Positions 30,681 through 41,960 of a stretch of 64,000 bases of DNA are shown here, piece by piece. How positions within the stretch are numbered: position 1 is the first letter of the stretch; every line of letters begins with the position of its first letter. The DNA is taken from NCBI GenBank assembly GCA_963704165.1, contig CAVPHD010000004.1, positions 160,001-224,000 of the forward strand, read 5' to 3'. Source of the stretch: an uncultured delta proteobacterium. Lineage in GTDB: Bacteria > Myxococcota_A > UBA9160 > SZUA-336. The translations under genes and the position numbers were made by a program. The notes under the pieces were generated by a model that saw only the letters and a list, made by a program, of their open reading frames with translations, made no database searches and was not told the DNA's origin.

Positions 30681-32696
30681 TCAGTTCTGGGGCTCGACGA
30701 GCAGGTACCCCGCCATCTCGAGGTGGAGCGCGGAGCAGAACTCCGTGCAGTAGAGCGGGAACACGCCCGGGATGCTGGCCACGAACTCGATGTCCGAGTG
30801 CTCGCCGGGCTCGATGCTCACGTTGACGTTGTAGTCCGCGATCGCGAAGCCGTGCGTCGCGTCGAGGGCCTGCTCGGTGTTCGTCAGGTGGATGTGGACG
30901 GTCTCTCCCTGCTTGACGCGGATCGATGTCGGGCGCGAAGTGACTGCGCACGGCCGTCATGTAGACGTGCACGCCGTCGGCCTGCCGCTCGATCCGCTCC
31001 TTGCCCGCCTCGACCGCGTTGGGTGAGACGCCGCGCAGGATCGGGTCGGTGCCGACCGGCGTGTAGACCTTGATGCGCCTTGATCTTGTCGGCCTTGATC
31101 GATCTGCGCGTAGTGCGGCTCGCCCATGCGGGATCGGCATGTCGTAGAGCAGCTGCATCGGTTCCGACGCCGTGTCGATCAGCTGGAAGTTCTGCGGCAG
31201 CAGCGGCCCGACGTCCTGGAAGCGGTCGATCGCCCACTTGTTCATCGCGACGAGGTAGCCGCCGTCGGGGCTGACCGTGTCGCCTTCGGGCGTGCGTGAT
31301 GTGGCCGACGTTGTAGTGCACCGGGATCTTCGAGATCAGCTTCAGGTCCTTCAGGTTCCACTTCGCGACCGCGGACTCGAGGAAGAGCGACGTGTAGGCG
31401 TGGCCCTGATCGTCGAACTGCGTGTGCAGCGGGCCGAGGCCGATCTCGACCTGGCCGCGGATCACGTCCTCGAAGGGCAGGATCGGCACGCCGTAGGGAT
31501 CGAGTCCGGCGTAGCTTCTTCGCTTCGATCGCCGCCTTGATCTTGTCGATCGTGTAGACGGTCGCGTGCGTGTCGAGCTTGCCGGCGATGACGATGTCCT
31601 GGCCGTCGGGCGAGACGTCGACGCCGTGCGGGCTCTTGGGCTCGGGGACGAAGTGCAGCGAGGCCTTCGGCGATCGACGGTCTCGAGCGGGATCACGCGC
31701 ATGCCCGCGATCATCTCGGTCTTGCCGTCGGCGACGACCTTCTCGGCCTTCCGCAGGTCGATCACGTGCAGGTAGTCCATGTCGTTCTGCGACGCGCCGG
31801 ACTCCATCGGCGGGTTGCCCTCGAGCGTGCCGCCCCAGGAGCGCTCGGTGTTGAACGAGTTCACGAAGAAGCAGCCTTCGCTGGCGAGCTTGCCGGCGTC
31901 CGCGAGATCCTGGCATGTAGGGCGGGAGCTCGATCGCGAACGACTCCTCCTTCACGATCCGCCGCTTCTCGCGGTCGAACTTCCAGAGGATCGACGCGTC
32001 GCGATACGTGTCGTCGTACTGCTCGATCGGCGCGTAGGCGCCGCCGAGCGGCGCCGCGTACTGGCTCGTCTCGATCACGTACTCGGTGTTCGGGGTCACG
32101 AACGTCGCGCCGTGATCCGACTGGATCAGCCCGCTTCGCACGATCTGAATGGTGGTGAAGTCCTCGAGATCGATCACCGCGACGCGAGCGTTCGCCTTGT
32201 CGTTGACGAAGAGGAACTCGCCGTCGTAGTCGCCCTTCGTCTCGGAGAGCGCGGGGTGGTGGACGTCGGCCCAGCGCAGCGGAATGCCCTCCGCGTCGCC
32301 CTGCGCGAGGATCGCCTCGCTCTGATCGCCGTAGCCGTATCCCTGCCAGGGCTCGGGCGTGAACACGGCGATCACCTTCAGGATCCGCATGCTGGGCAGG
32401 CCGATCACGATCACCTGACCCGAGTGTCCGCCCGACGCGAAGATGTAGTACGGGTCGTGGACACCGGTGGGTGTGTAGGTCTTGAGCGCGGCGATCACGT
32501 CCTTCTCCGCGAGCCCGCGCTGCTTCATCAAGGCGCTCGTCGATGCTCCGTTCTGGCCGCTCGAGGGCTGGAGTTCCTGGCCCCCCTGGGGTCCGCACGC
32601 CGTCGTGCCGACCCCGAGCACGGAGGCGAGCACCAGCGCGGCCAAGCGCGTCCGGTTCTTCGGTGTCGATTCCCACATCTCCATTCTCCTCTTCAT
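30681..32696 (-). CDS. nosZ: Nitrous oxide reductase, clade II (Sec/lipoprotein signal); several apparent indels
   Basis: SGGHSGQV and [11 protein letters not shown]. CuZ His motifs DVHHP, SDHG, KSPHG, GPLHT, YNVGH, GEPHY. CuA motif [19 protein letters not shown]. The pieces lie in several frames. Confidence 0.95.
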
Positions 32697-32698
32697 CT

Positions 32699-33136
32699 CT
32701 AGGGCGCTTTGCCCAGGCTGCGGACGTGCGCGACGAGTGCTTTGACCACGTCGGCCTTCGCGATCAGATCAGGATTGCTGGGCATCATCGGGCTGCGACC
32801 GACCGCGGCGCCGCCGTAGAGAATGATCTTGTTGATGTGGTCGTCGGTGACCGACTGCTGCCAGGCCGTGTCGTGGAAGTTCCTCGGCTTGGGCGTCAGA
32901 GCCGCCGACCCCGGTCCATCGCCCATCCCCGTCTTACCGTGACAGGTGTAGCACCGCGTCTCGAATATCTGTATCGCTTCGGCGCGAACTGTCTCACTCG
33001 ACGCGGGTGCGGGCGCCGCCGCGGGTGCAGGCGCTGCGGCTGGAGTGGGGGCTTTTCCCCCTTCATCCGCGGATCCGCACGCGATCAGTGCGCCAACCAG
33101 GGTCAGCGCGCCGGTTACTTTCACGAGGCCCTTCAT
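32699..33136 (-). CDS. Monoheme cytochrome c lipoprotein, likely NosZ electron donor
   Basis: Lipobox LIAC, CYTCH, G.GDGP...PKPRNF, distal Met in SPMMP. Ends 2 bp upstream of nosZ. Confidence 0.88.
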   Translation of the reverse strand: MKGLVKVTGALTLVGALIACGSADEGGKAPTPAAAPAPAAAPAPASSETVRAEAIQIFETRCYTCHGKTGMGDGPGSAALTPKPRNFHDTAWQQSVTDDHINKIILYGGAAVGRSPMMPSNPDLIAKADVVKALVAHVRSLGKAP

Positions 33137-33223
33137 CCGAATCTCCTTTCGCCCTACGCCCCCAATGCACGGAGCAAGCCGACTTTCGTCCGGTATGCTG
33201 CGGGTGGAAGCGAGGCAGGCTGC

Positions 33224-34105
33224 ATGATCGACGAACACCCGTTCGGGCGCACCGGACATTCCAGCTCACGCATCCTGTTTGGCGCGGCGGCCCTCGGAGG
33301 CATGAAGGAAGAGCGCGCGGATCACGTGCTCGAGCTGCTTTTCCAATACGGCGTGAACCACATCGACACGGCCGCAAGCTACGGGGATTCGGAGCTGCGG
33401 CTGGGGAAGTGGTTGCGAACGTATCGCGCCGACTTCTTCTTGGCAACGAAGACGGGGGAGCGCTCTTACGAAGGTGCGCGCGCGGAGCTTCACCGTTCGC
33501 TCGAGCGACTCGGTGTCGACCACGTCGATCTGATCCAGATGCACAACCTCGTCGAGCCCGACGAGCAGGCCCGTGCGCTCGGACCGGGAGGCGCGCTCGA
33601 GGCCCTCGTCGAGGCGAGATCGGAGGGACTCGTGCGCTTCATCGGCGTCACGGGCCACGGCACACGCGCGGCGACGATGCACGCCGCGAGCCTGGCCCGC
33701 TTCGATTTCGACTCGGTCCTCCTGCCCTACAGCTACACGATGATGCGTATACCCGAGTACGCGACCGAGTTCGAGGCTCTCGCCGCGCTCTGTTCGGAGC
33801 GCGGTGTTGCCCTGCAGACGATCAAGTCGATCGCGCGGCGCCGCTGGCGGGAGGGCGATGCGTCCCGGCGTTTCAGCTGGTACGAGCCGATCCGCGATCC
33901 CGAGGCGCTGCGCCGTGCGGTCCACTGGGTCTTGGCTCGACCCGGCGTCTTCCTGAACAGCTCGAGTGACGCGACCCTGCTCCCCGCGATTCTCGAGGCG
34001 GCGAATGAGGTCGCCCCGCGCCCCCCGGACGACGCGATGCTCGCCGACGCCGAGCGGCTCGAGGTGGAGCCGCTCTTCGTCCGCGACGTCTCCGACCGGA
34101 TCTGA
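33224..34105 (+). CDS. Aldo/keto reductase
   Basis: FGRTG..SSR..FG, GVNHIDTAASYGDSE, LATK, SLERLGVDHVDLIQMH, GLVRFIGVTGH. Confidence 0.9.
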   Translation: MIDEHPFGRTGHSSSRILFGAAALGGMKEERADHVLELLFQYGVNHIDTAASYGDSELRLGKWLRTYRADFFLATKTGERSYEGARAELHRSLERLGVDHVDLIQMHNLVEPDEQARALGPGGALEALVEARSEGLVRFIGVTGHGTRAATMHAASLARFDFDSVLLPYSYTMMRIPEYATEFEALAALCSERGVALQTIKSIARRRWREGDASRRFSWYEPIRDPEALRRAVHWVLARPGVFLNSSSDATLLPAILEAANEVAPRPPDDAMLADAERLEVEPLFVRDVSDRI

Positions 34106-34218
34106 GACCATCGGCCCCAGCATGACGCTCGAAGCCGCCGGGAATCGGAACGCGCCGGAGAAGCCGGGCCACCCGGTGCGCGTCTGGCGCTGGCTTCGGA
34201 ACGGACTCGCGGAGCGCG

Positions 34219-35703
34219 GTGGAAACGCGTGACCGCGTCGTGAGGCATCGAATCCCGGAGCGCGTCGCGGCGCTAGCGCTCTCGATCGCGCTCTGCGTCT
34301 CGTGCGCGTCGCCGCCGCCCGCCTCCAATGCGTCCACTCGAACGGTCGTACTCTCCTCGGCCGACACCGACGCTCGGGCAGACGAGCAGACGAGTCGCGA
34401 CGTCGCGTCGCAGATCGGAGTGGTGAAGGACGAGAAGCTCGCGAGCTACGTGGAGAACCTCGGGCAGAAGCTCGCGCGCTACGCGCCGCGCCAGCCGTTC
34501 ACATGGCGATTCCAGGTCGTCGATCAGTGGAGCCCCAACGCGTTCGCGCTCCCCGGCGGACACATCTTCGTGTCGCGTGGGCTGCTCGTCCTTTCGAACT
34601 CCGAGGACGAGCTGGCCTGCGTCCTCGCGCACGAGATCGTCCACTCCGCTTCGAGGCACCACGCCGGACGCCAGGCCTACGCGGAGCAGTTGAATCCTTT
34701 CTCGCTCGGCATTCCGCGCATGGCGAGTATCGCCGCCTACGCGCGCGATCAGGAGCGCTCCGCCGACACGGGTGGGCAGCGGATCTGCGCCGCGGCCGGG
34801 TACGACCCGCGCGCTCTCGGCGTGTTCCTGCAGTCGCTCGACAAGATCGAGCGTCTGCAGATGGGCATCTCGCGAATCCCGACCTTTCGCGACACGCATC
34901 CGACGAGCCCGGAGCGCATCGCGAACGCGTCGATCACGGCCGCGACGCTCGCAGCGCCCGCAGACCGGGATCTCCGGGTCGCCCGCGAAGCGTACTTCCG
35001 ACGTCTCGACGGCTTGATGATCGGGGCGGATCCGCGAGAGGGGGTCGTTCGAGGTTCGCGCTTCCTCCACCCGGATCTCGACGTCACGCTCGAGTTCCCG
35101 AGTCGCTGGACGATCTCGAACACGCCGGCCGCCGTGGTCGCGATCTCGACGCGAGGCCGCGCGCGCTTCGCGCTCGAGTACGCGGGGAAGGGCACCGATC
35201 CGGAACAAGTCGCGCGCGCCGAGATCGGTACCCGGCTCGCGCAAATGCGCGTCGTGATCGAATCCGCGGAGGCTCAGCCTACACCCTGCTGCAAGGCCTT
35301 CGTCGTGCGCGGCCGCGTCGCCACTCCCCAGGGTGAGATCGCGGGCCAGCTCACCTGGATTGCGCTCGGCGGGCACGTGTACCGGCTCTCCTCGGTCGCT
35401 CACGCGCTGCAGTTCCAGAAGTACGCCGGCCGGACGTCGAGAATGGTGCGCAGCGTGCGATCGCTGACTCCCGAGGAACGAGCGTCGGTGACCGTGGATC
35501 GGCTTCGACTCGCGCGGGCGAAGCAGGGCGAGACGATCGCCGAATTCTCGGCGCGCACGAAGAACGTCTACGACGTTCACCGGACCGCGATCGCGAACGA
35601 CCTCGAGGTGAGTGCGCGTCTCACCCAGGGACAGCTTCTCAAGATCGGAGTACGAGAACCCTACCGCCCCGCGCTCGACGCTGCGGATACCGGCGGCCAC
35701 TGA
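34219..35703 (+). CDS. M48 family metalloprotease (BepA/YfgC-like lipoprotein)
   Basis: [33 protein letters not shown] and THP...ERI. LysM-like tail. Confidence 0.88.
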   Translation: METRDRVVRHRIPERVAALALSIALCVSCASPPPASNASTRTVVLSSADTDARADEQTSRDVASQIGVVKDEKLASYVENLGQKLARYAPRQPFTWRFQVVDQWSPNAFALPGGHIFVSRGLLVLSNSEDELACVLAHEIVHSASRHHAGRQAYAEQLNPFSLGIPRMASIAAYARDQERSADTGGQRICAAAGYDPRALGVFLQSLDKIERLQMGISRIPTFRDTHPTSPERIANASITAATLAAPADRDLRVAREAYFRRLDGLMIGADPREGVVRGSRFLHPDLDVTLEFPSRWTISNTPAAVVAISTRGRARFALEYAGKGTDPEQVARAEIGTRLAQMRVVIESAEAQPTPCCKAFVVRGRVATPQGEIAGQLTWIALGGHVYRLSSVAHALQFQKYAGRTSRMVRSVRSLTPEERASVTVDRLRLARAKQGETIAEFSARTKNVYDVHRTAIANDLEVSARLTQGQLLKIGVREPYRPALDAADTGGH

Positions 35704-35726
35704 TGCCCACGTGGAGGACGACGACG

Positions 35727-37881
35727 ATGGCGAACACGAGATTCCTGATTCTGTCGGCCCTGCTTCTCTCGGCGCTCGCGTGCGGGGAGCGTGAGGAGCA
35801 GAAGCCGCCAGCGGCGGAGGCGGTAGCCCCGGCTCCGGCAGCTGCGCCCGAGGTGGAACCGAAGGCGGGTCGAGTCGATGCCGCGCGCGTCGCAAACGCC
35901 GATCGGGACGCTGGTCAATGGCTGGTGCACGGCCGCACGACGAGCGAGCAGCGCCACAGCCCGCTCGCGTCGATCGGCCGAGGCAACGTGAAGATGCTCG
36001 GGCTCTCGTGGTCCTTCGACCTGGGATCGACGCGCGGGGTGGAAGCCACGCCGATCGTCGTCGATGGCGTGATGTACGTGACCGCGTCGTGGAGCGTGGT
36101 CTTCGCGCTCGACGCGAAAACCGGCAAGCAGATCTGGAAGTACGATCCGGAGGTGCCGGGCGAGTGGGGACGCAACGCCTGCTGCGACGTCGTGAATCGC
36201 GGCGTCGCCGTCTGGGAAGGCTCCGTCTTCGTCGGAACCCTCGACGGACGGCTCGTCTCGCTCGATGCCGCGACGGGTGCGGTGAACTGGGACGTGCTGA
36301 CGATCGACCGCAGCCTGCCCTACACGATCACCGGCGCGCCGCGCGTCGTGAAGGGAAGGGTCGTGATCGGCAACGGCGGCGCGGAGCTCGGCGTGCGCGG
36401 CTACGTGACCGCCTACGACGCGAAGACCGGCGCGCAGGCCTGGCGTTTCTACACGGTGCCCGGCGATCCGTCGAAGCCCTTCGAGCATCCGGAGATGGAG
36501 AAGGCCGCGAAGACCTGGACGGGCGAGTGGTGGAAGGTCGGCGGCGGCGGCACCGCGTGGGACTCGATGGCCTACGATCCCGATCTCGATCTGCTCTACG
36601 TCGGCACCGGCAACGGCTCACCGTGGAGCCGCACCGCCGCGCAGTCCGGGTGGCGGCGACAATCTGTACCTGTCTTCGATCCTCGCGCTGCGCCCCGACA
36701 CCGGCGAGCTCGCGTGGCACTACCAGACCACGCCCGGCGACAACTGGGACTACACCTCCGTGCAGCCGATCGTGCTCGCGGAGCTCGAGATCGGCGGCGC
36801 GAAGCGCAGGGTGCTGATGCAGGCGCCGAAGAACGGCTTCTTCTACGTGCTCGATCGCGAAACGGGCGAGCTGATCTCGGCGGAGCCGTACGTCGCGGTC
36901 ACTTGGGCCACGGGCGTCGATCCGAAGACGGGCCGGCCGGTCGAGACCGCTCACAGCTCCTATCTGCAGGAAGCGAAGCTCATGCTTCCCGGACCGCAGG
37001 GCGGTCACAACTGGCATCCGATGGCGTTCAGTCCGAAGACCGGGCTCGTCTACCTGCCCGCTCACGATACACCGTTCTGGTACAAGGACGAAGGCGTGTT
37101 CAAGCTCCGGCCGGGCACCTGGAATCTCGGGCTCGACATGGATGTCGTCGTCGAGCGCACCGAGAACGAGACGCCCACCGCGAAGGGGCAACTCGTCGCC
37201 TGGGATCCGGTCGCGAAGCAGGCGCGCTGGCGCGTCGAACACGATGGCCATTGGAACGGCGGTGTTCTCTCGACCGAGGGCGGGCTCGTGTTCCAGGGGT
37301 TGGGCAACGGACTGTTCCGAGCCTACGACGACGAAACCGGCGCGGTGCTCTGGGAGGTGCGCTCGCCGACGGGAATCATCGCGCCACCGATCACGTACGC
37401 GATCGGCGACGAGCAGTACGTCGCCGTGGCGACCGGCTGGGGCGGCGGCTCGATCGCGGGCGGACTCGACGAGACCACGGCCATCGCGAAGCATCACAAC
37501 CTGGGCCGCGTGCTCGTGTTCAAGCTCGGAGCGACGGGTGCGATGCCGACCAATCCGCCGCGCGACCGTACCGTTCCGCCGCCGCCGGTGCTCGAAGCGT
37601 CCGCGGAAGCGGTCGCGGCCGGAAAGAACACCTACAACAACTACTGCCTCTGGTGTCACGGCTTCTCGGTCGCGTCGAGCTTCCTCGTTCCGGACCTGCG
37701 CATGATGAGCGCGGAGCGCCACGCGGCCTTCGAAGACATCGTGCTGCGCGGGGCGCTGCGCGGGACGGGTATGCCTCCATTCGAGGGCATGTTGACGCCG
37801 GAAGAGGTCGCGAACGTGCGCGCCTACGTCGTGGGCGAAGCGCGAAAGGCGTACGAGAAGCAGCAGGCGCCCCGGAACTAG
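35727..37881 (+). CDS. Type II quinohemoprotein (PQQ + heme c) alcohol dehydrogenase; one apparent frameshift near 36640
   Basis: Lipobox [13 protein letters not shown], vicinal Cys [41 protein letters not shown], and C-terminal CLWCH...PDLR...GMP. Confidence 0.92.
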
Positions 37882-38561
37882 ATCCAGTCCAACGCGCGCG
37901 CGAGGATTCCCGTCGCATCCTCGCGCGCGCACGCGCCGTGCGCGATCACGAGCCGCTCGGGCTTCCAGCCGAGCACCTTCGTGCGGGCGGCACGCGCGGG
38001 TCCTCGCCGCAGAAAGCTCGCTCGAAGCTCGCGCGGGGCGCTGCCGCGCTCACCCACCAGACCGTCGAGCCGCATCAGCATCCCCTTGAGTCCCCCGAGT
38101 CGTGCCGGATCGTGTCGCTGCACGAGGTCGCCGACGATCGCCGTGCGCGACGGGCGATGGAAGAACGCGACTTCTTCCAGGGCGAACGAGCCGCGGAAGA
38201 TCGTCTGATCGATCTCGTCGGCCCAGGCGGGATCCGCCACGTCTCCGAGCTCCGCGTGAAACCGAAGCTCGGGTTTGCGACGAGCGAGGCCCGGCGGCGA
38301 ATGGAGCCGCGCGTCCGGCCAACGCCTTGCCCACTCCGCCAGGAAGAGGTGGTGGATCTTGTTGGGCGAGACGATCTGGCGAACCGGTCCGATCGCGTCG
38401 ACCGCGCGCTCGAGCTCGGCGGTGAGCGCGATCGGCGACCAGACCCACGCGCTCCCGTCGGCGAGGCGCGCGATCGCCATCCGCGTGGGATAGGGGAAGC
38501 CGTAGAACGAAACCGTGGGACCGTCGGCCAGGTACAGAGAGGGTCCGAACTCCTCGAGCAT
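37878..38561 (-). CDS. DUF4336 family protein
   Basis: [39 protein letters not shown] and IAHG. Confidence 0.8.
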   Translation of the reverse strand: MLEEFGPSLYLADGPTVSFYGFPYPTRMAIARLADGSAWVWSPIALTAELERAVDAIGPVRQIVSPNKIHHLFLAEWARRWPDARLHSPPGLARRKPELRFHAELGDVADPAWADEIDQTIFRGSFALEEVAFFHRPSRTAIVGDLVQRHDPARLGGLKGMLMRLDGLVGERGSAPRELRASFLRRGPARAARTKVLGWKPERLVIAHGACAREDATGILARALDWI

Positions 38562-38585
38562 TCCGGCATCGTACCGCCGTTCGGC

Positions 38586-39866
38586 TCAGCTCTCCTCGAC
38601 CACGCCCTTGGGCGCCCGCTGATTCATGAACCCGAACATGTAGCCGGCGACGCGGCGCATCTGGATCTCCTCGGCGCCCTCGGTGATGCGGTAGCGGCGG
38701 TGGTGCCGGTAGATGTGCTCGAACGGCTTGTGGCGCGAGTAGCCGAGGCCGCCGTGCACCTGCATGGCGCGGTCGGCCGCCTCGCAGCACAGCCGGTTCG
38801 ACCAGTAGTTGCACATCGAGACCTTGTCGGAGACCGAGAAGCGCCGTTGCGTGTCCATCCGCCAGGCGGTCTTGTGGATCAGCGCGCGCAGCATCTCGCA
38901 CTGCGTCTGCAGCTCGACCAGCGGGAACTGGATCCCCTGATTGCTCGCGAGCGGCTTGCCGAAGGGCTTGCGCACCTTGGCGTACGCCACCGATTCGTTG
39001 ATGCAGAACTGCGCCGCGCCGAGGCTCGAGGCGGCCTGGCGGATGCGGTTCTCGTTGAAGAAGTGCTGCACGACCTGCAGGCCGCGGCCTTCACCGCCGA
39101 AGATCGCGCCGTCCGGCACCCGGACGTTCGTGAGCGAGACACGCGCCGTGATCGGTCGGCATGTTGAAGGTCCACAGCATACTCCTCGATCTTGAAGCCC
39201 GGCGCGTTCGTCGGCACGAGGAACGCGGTGATGCCGTCGCCGTCGCCGGCCTTGCCCGCTGGTGCGCGCGAAGATCAGGTCGTACGGCGCCTGGTGGATG
39301 CCCGTGTTCCAGGTCTTCTCGCCGTTGATGACCCAGTCGTCGCCGTCGCGGACCGCCGTGGTCTCCATGTGGGTGGCGTCGGAGCCGTGGTTCGGCTCGG
39401 TGATGCCGAACGCGAAGCCGCGTCGTGCCCGCGAGCAGGTCCGTCGAGCGCACTCCGCCTTCTGCTCCTCGGTGCCGTACGCGAGCATCAGCAGCAGGCC
39501 GACGTTGTTGCCGACGATCGAGTGCTCGTTCTGCAGGTCGTTGTGCAGGCCGAGACCCTTCGCCGCGAGGTGCTCGCGGATGATCGCCATGCCGAGGTTG
39601 GTGCCGTCCCGGCCGCCGTACTGCTTGGGCAACGGGTAGCGGTAGTGCCCGGCCTCGTCGGCGACGCGTCGCGCCTCGCGCAGCAGCAGCTCCCACTCCT
39701 CGTTCGGCAGTCCGCCGTGCTCCCAGTCGGTGCGCGCGTCCTCGCGGCGGTGGTCGAAGAAGCGGATGTTGTCGTTCTGCTGCTCGAGCGGCTTGATCTC
39801 GCGCTCGATGAATTCGTCGAGCTCGACGAGATAGGCGGCGAGGTCCCGGGGAATGTCGAAGTCCAT
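38586..39866 (-). CDS. Acyl-CoA dehydrogenase (several apparent indels)
   Basis: [53 protein letters not shown] and [10 protein letters not shown]. Confidence 0.92.
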   Translation of the reverse strand: MDFDIPRDLAAYLVELDEFIEREIKPLEQQNDNIRFFDHRREDARTDWEHGGLPNEEWELLLREARRVADEAGHYRYPLPKQYGGRDGTNLGMAIIREHLAAKGLGLHNDLQNEHSIVGNNVGLLLMLAYGTEEQKAECARRTCSRARRGFAFGITEPNHGSDATHMETTAVRDGDDWVINGEKTWNTGIHQAPYDLIFARTSGQGRRRRRHHRVPRADERAGLQDRGVCCGPSTCRPITARVSLTNVRVPDGAIFGGEGRGLQVVQHFFNENRIRQAASSLGAAQFCINESVAYAKVRKPFGKPLASNQGIQFPLVELQTQCEMLRALIHKTAWRMDTQRRFSVSDKVSMCNYWSNRLCCEAADRAMQVHGGLGYSRHKPFEHIYRHHRRYRITEGAEEIQMRRVAGYMFGFMNQRAPKGVVEES

Positions 39867-39986
39867 GGCTGCTCCCTGTTGGCTGTCGGGTGGGCAGCAT
39901 CCTACTCCGCCGACCCGGCTCCGCGTCGCCTCGGGCGAACGCCAGGGTCGCGACGAAGCCGAGGGATTCGCGGTACGCTTCGCTCC

Positions 39987-40877
39987 ATGGCAGGCATCAG
40001 TCATCGGACCTTCGTGAGCTACATCGATCGGACGCGCGAGTTCTACGGCGCGCAGGGCTACGAGAAGCCGTACGTCTGGGCGCGCCACATCGAAGCGCCG
40101 TTCGCGCCGCTGTCGAAGCCGCTCGCGCGAGTGCCGTGTCGCGCTCGTGACGACCGCGAGTCCGTGGCGTGACGAGAAGCCGGTCGATGGGGTGCTGCGC
40201 GGCGACAAGGCGGTGTGGTCGGGGCCGACCGAGCACGCCGCCCGAACGCCTGTTCACCGACGACCTCGCCTGGGACAAGGAGGCGACCCACACCAACGAC
40301 GTCGAGTCGTTCCTGCCGATCCGACGTCTGCAGGAGTTCGCCGCGCAGGGCCGGATCGGCAGCGTCGCGGCGCGGTTCCACGGCGTGCCGACCGACTACA
40401 GCCAGCGCCGCACGATCGAGCAGGACGCGCCGGAGGTCCTCGCGCGCTGCCGCGAAGACGCGGTCGACATCGCGCTGCTCGTTCCTCTCTGACCCGTCTG
40501 CCACCAGACCGTGAGTCTGGTCAGCCGGCACCTCGAGGCGAACGGCATCGCGACGGTCGTGATCGGCTCGGCGCGCGACATCGTCGAGGAGTGCGGCGTC
40601 GCGCGCTTCCTGTTCACCGACTTCCCGCTCGGCAATCCGTGCGGGAAGCCGTACGACGTCGAGATGCAGCGCGCGATCATCGGGCATGGCGCTCGATCTG
40701 CTCGAGAGCGCGCGCGTGCCTCGCACGACCGTGCAGACGCCGTTCCCCTGGAGCGAAGACGAGAGCTGGCGGCAGAATTACGCTCGCATCGACCCCGAGC
40801 GAGCCGAGCTCTTGCGCCGGGCGGGCGAGCGCCGACGCGCTCAGCAAACTGCGGGAAAGAAGGCCGATCCCGGATGA
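39987..40877 (+). CDS. GrdB/PrdB-like (glycine/betaine/D-proline reductase B family) selenoprotein with in-frame UGA (Sec) at 40490-40492; apparent indels near 40135, 40235 and 40685
   Basis: YIDRTREFY, PFAPLSKPL, LVTTA, WDKEATHTND..SFLPI.RL, G.IG, then DIALLVPL-TGA-PVCHQTVSLVSRHLEANGIATV (UxxC motif), then DFPLGNPCG. Confidence 0.85.
40503..40521 (+). promoter_or_regulatory. Candidate bacterial SECIS hairpin
   Basis: ACCAGAC-CGTGA-GTCTGGT: a perfect 7-bp stem with GU in the apical loop. The loop begins 17 nt after the UGA. Confidence 0.7.
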
Positions 40878-41257
40878 CCCCACACGCCGCGTCGATCGTC
40901 GCCGCGCAGAAGTGCCTCGACGACTTCATGGCGGCGTTCAACGCCCGCGACCTCGGGGCATTCGAGAAGACGTTCAACTTCCCGAGCGTTCGGCTCGCGT
41001 CGAACACGCTCGTGATCATCGAGCCCGGCTACCACAAGCCGGAGATGTTCGTATCCGGCGCGCTCTCGGACTGGCATCACTCGGCTTGGGAGCGCCGCGA
41101 CGTGATCCACTCCGGCCCCGACAAGGTCCACATCGATACCCGCTTCACGCGCTATCGCGTCGACGGAAGCGCGATCGGCAGCTTCGACTCGATCTACGTG
41201 GTCACGTGCGAGAACGGCCACTGGGGAATCAAGGCACGGTCGAGCTTCGCGCCCTGA
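40874..41257 (+). CDS. SnoaL/NTF2-like small protein
   Basis: LDDFMAAFNARD...FNFPSVRL...DKVH....FTRY..DG..IG.F.S.YVVT..NGHWGIKARSSFA. ATGA overlap with the upstream gene. Confidence 0.7.
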   Translation: MTPHAASIVAAQKCLDDFMAAFNARDLGAFEKTFNFPSVRLASNTLVIIEPGYHKPEMFVSGALSDWHHSAWERRDVIHSGPDKVHIDTRFTRYRVDGSAIGSFDSIYVVTCENGHWGIKARSSFAP

Positions 41258-41946
41258 TCTCCGACGGCGAGCTCATCGCGCCGCTGCGGGCCGGGGTGGA
41301 AGAAGAGTTCCGTCCAGAGCCAGGCGATGGTCTCGGCGAGCACGTCCTTCGCTCCGGCGCTCGTCTGCCACCACGCGTCGAGGTCGTAGGTGGTCGGTCG
41401 AGCCGTGAAGATTCCGATTCGGACCTCCGGGCCGAGCGCGAGTCGATGGAGCGCCCGGGAGCGTCGGCCGTGCACGCCCGACGAGAACACGTCGATCGAA
41501 TCGACATCGACACCGGACCGTGTCACCCACTCGCGTACCATGAGGGCGTTCAGGAAGGATCGGTCGCGCGCCGAGGCCGGGGCGGGAACGGCGACGACCG
41601 AGCCCGCGGCCACGCCGCGAGAGACGATGTAGCGCCTCGCCCGATCCGCGTACGTGTCGGCCGCATCGGGGCGATCGAAGTCGTCCTCGATCGGTCCCCC
41701 CGTCGTCAGGACGAGCTCATGACCATCGCGGCGGACCAGGTCGATGGCCTGGTCGAGCTGACTTCGGGTCAGCCAGCCTTCGACCACCAGGATTCGCGCG
41801 CCGACCGGCTCGTCGATCGCGAGAAAGGTGTGGAGCCGGAGTCCCGCGAGCAGAAGCATCGACCCGCTCGCGATCCCCAGAACGAGCCAGCCCAGAGCCG
41901 TGGGGACGAAGACTTGTCGCCGTCGCAGCAACGCCGGACGCTTCAT
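41194..41946 (-). CDS. YdcF/DUF218 (ElyC/SanA-like) protein
   Basis: N-terminal TM, LVVEGW, LTTGG, DRSF.NA, SSGVHGRRS and E.IAWL. Confidence 0.7.
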   Translation of the reverse strand: MKRPALLRRRQVFVPTALGWLVLGIASGSMLLLAGLRLHTFLAIDEPVGARILVVEGWLTRSQLDQAIDLVRRDGHELVLTTGGPIEDDFDRPDAADTYADRARRYIVSRGVAAGSVVAVPAPASARDRSFLNALMVREWVTRSGVDVDSIDVFSSGVHGRRSRALHRLALGPEVRIGIFTARPTTYDLDAWWQTSAGAKDVLAETIAWLWTELFFHPGPQRRDELAVGDQGAKLDRALIPQWPFSHVTT

Positions 41947-41960
41947 CGCGCGCAGGCGGC

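Noticed and set aside
32543..33223. N-terminal extension of the aldo/keto reductase ORF (520 aa in the track)
   Set aside because: It overlaps the cytochrome c and nosZ genes on the other strand. AKR homology begins at ATG 33224.
35727..37881. Lanthanide-dependent XoxF/ExaF-type dehydrogenase
   Set aside because: The motif is D-Y-T rather than D-x-D, and the C-terminal heme c marks it as a type II quinohemoprotein.
40490..40492. TGA as a true stop or pseudogene lesion
   Set aside because: It falls exactly at the UxxC catalytic position, with in-frame continuation and a SECIS-like hairpin.
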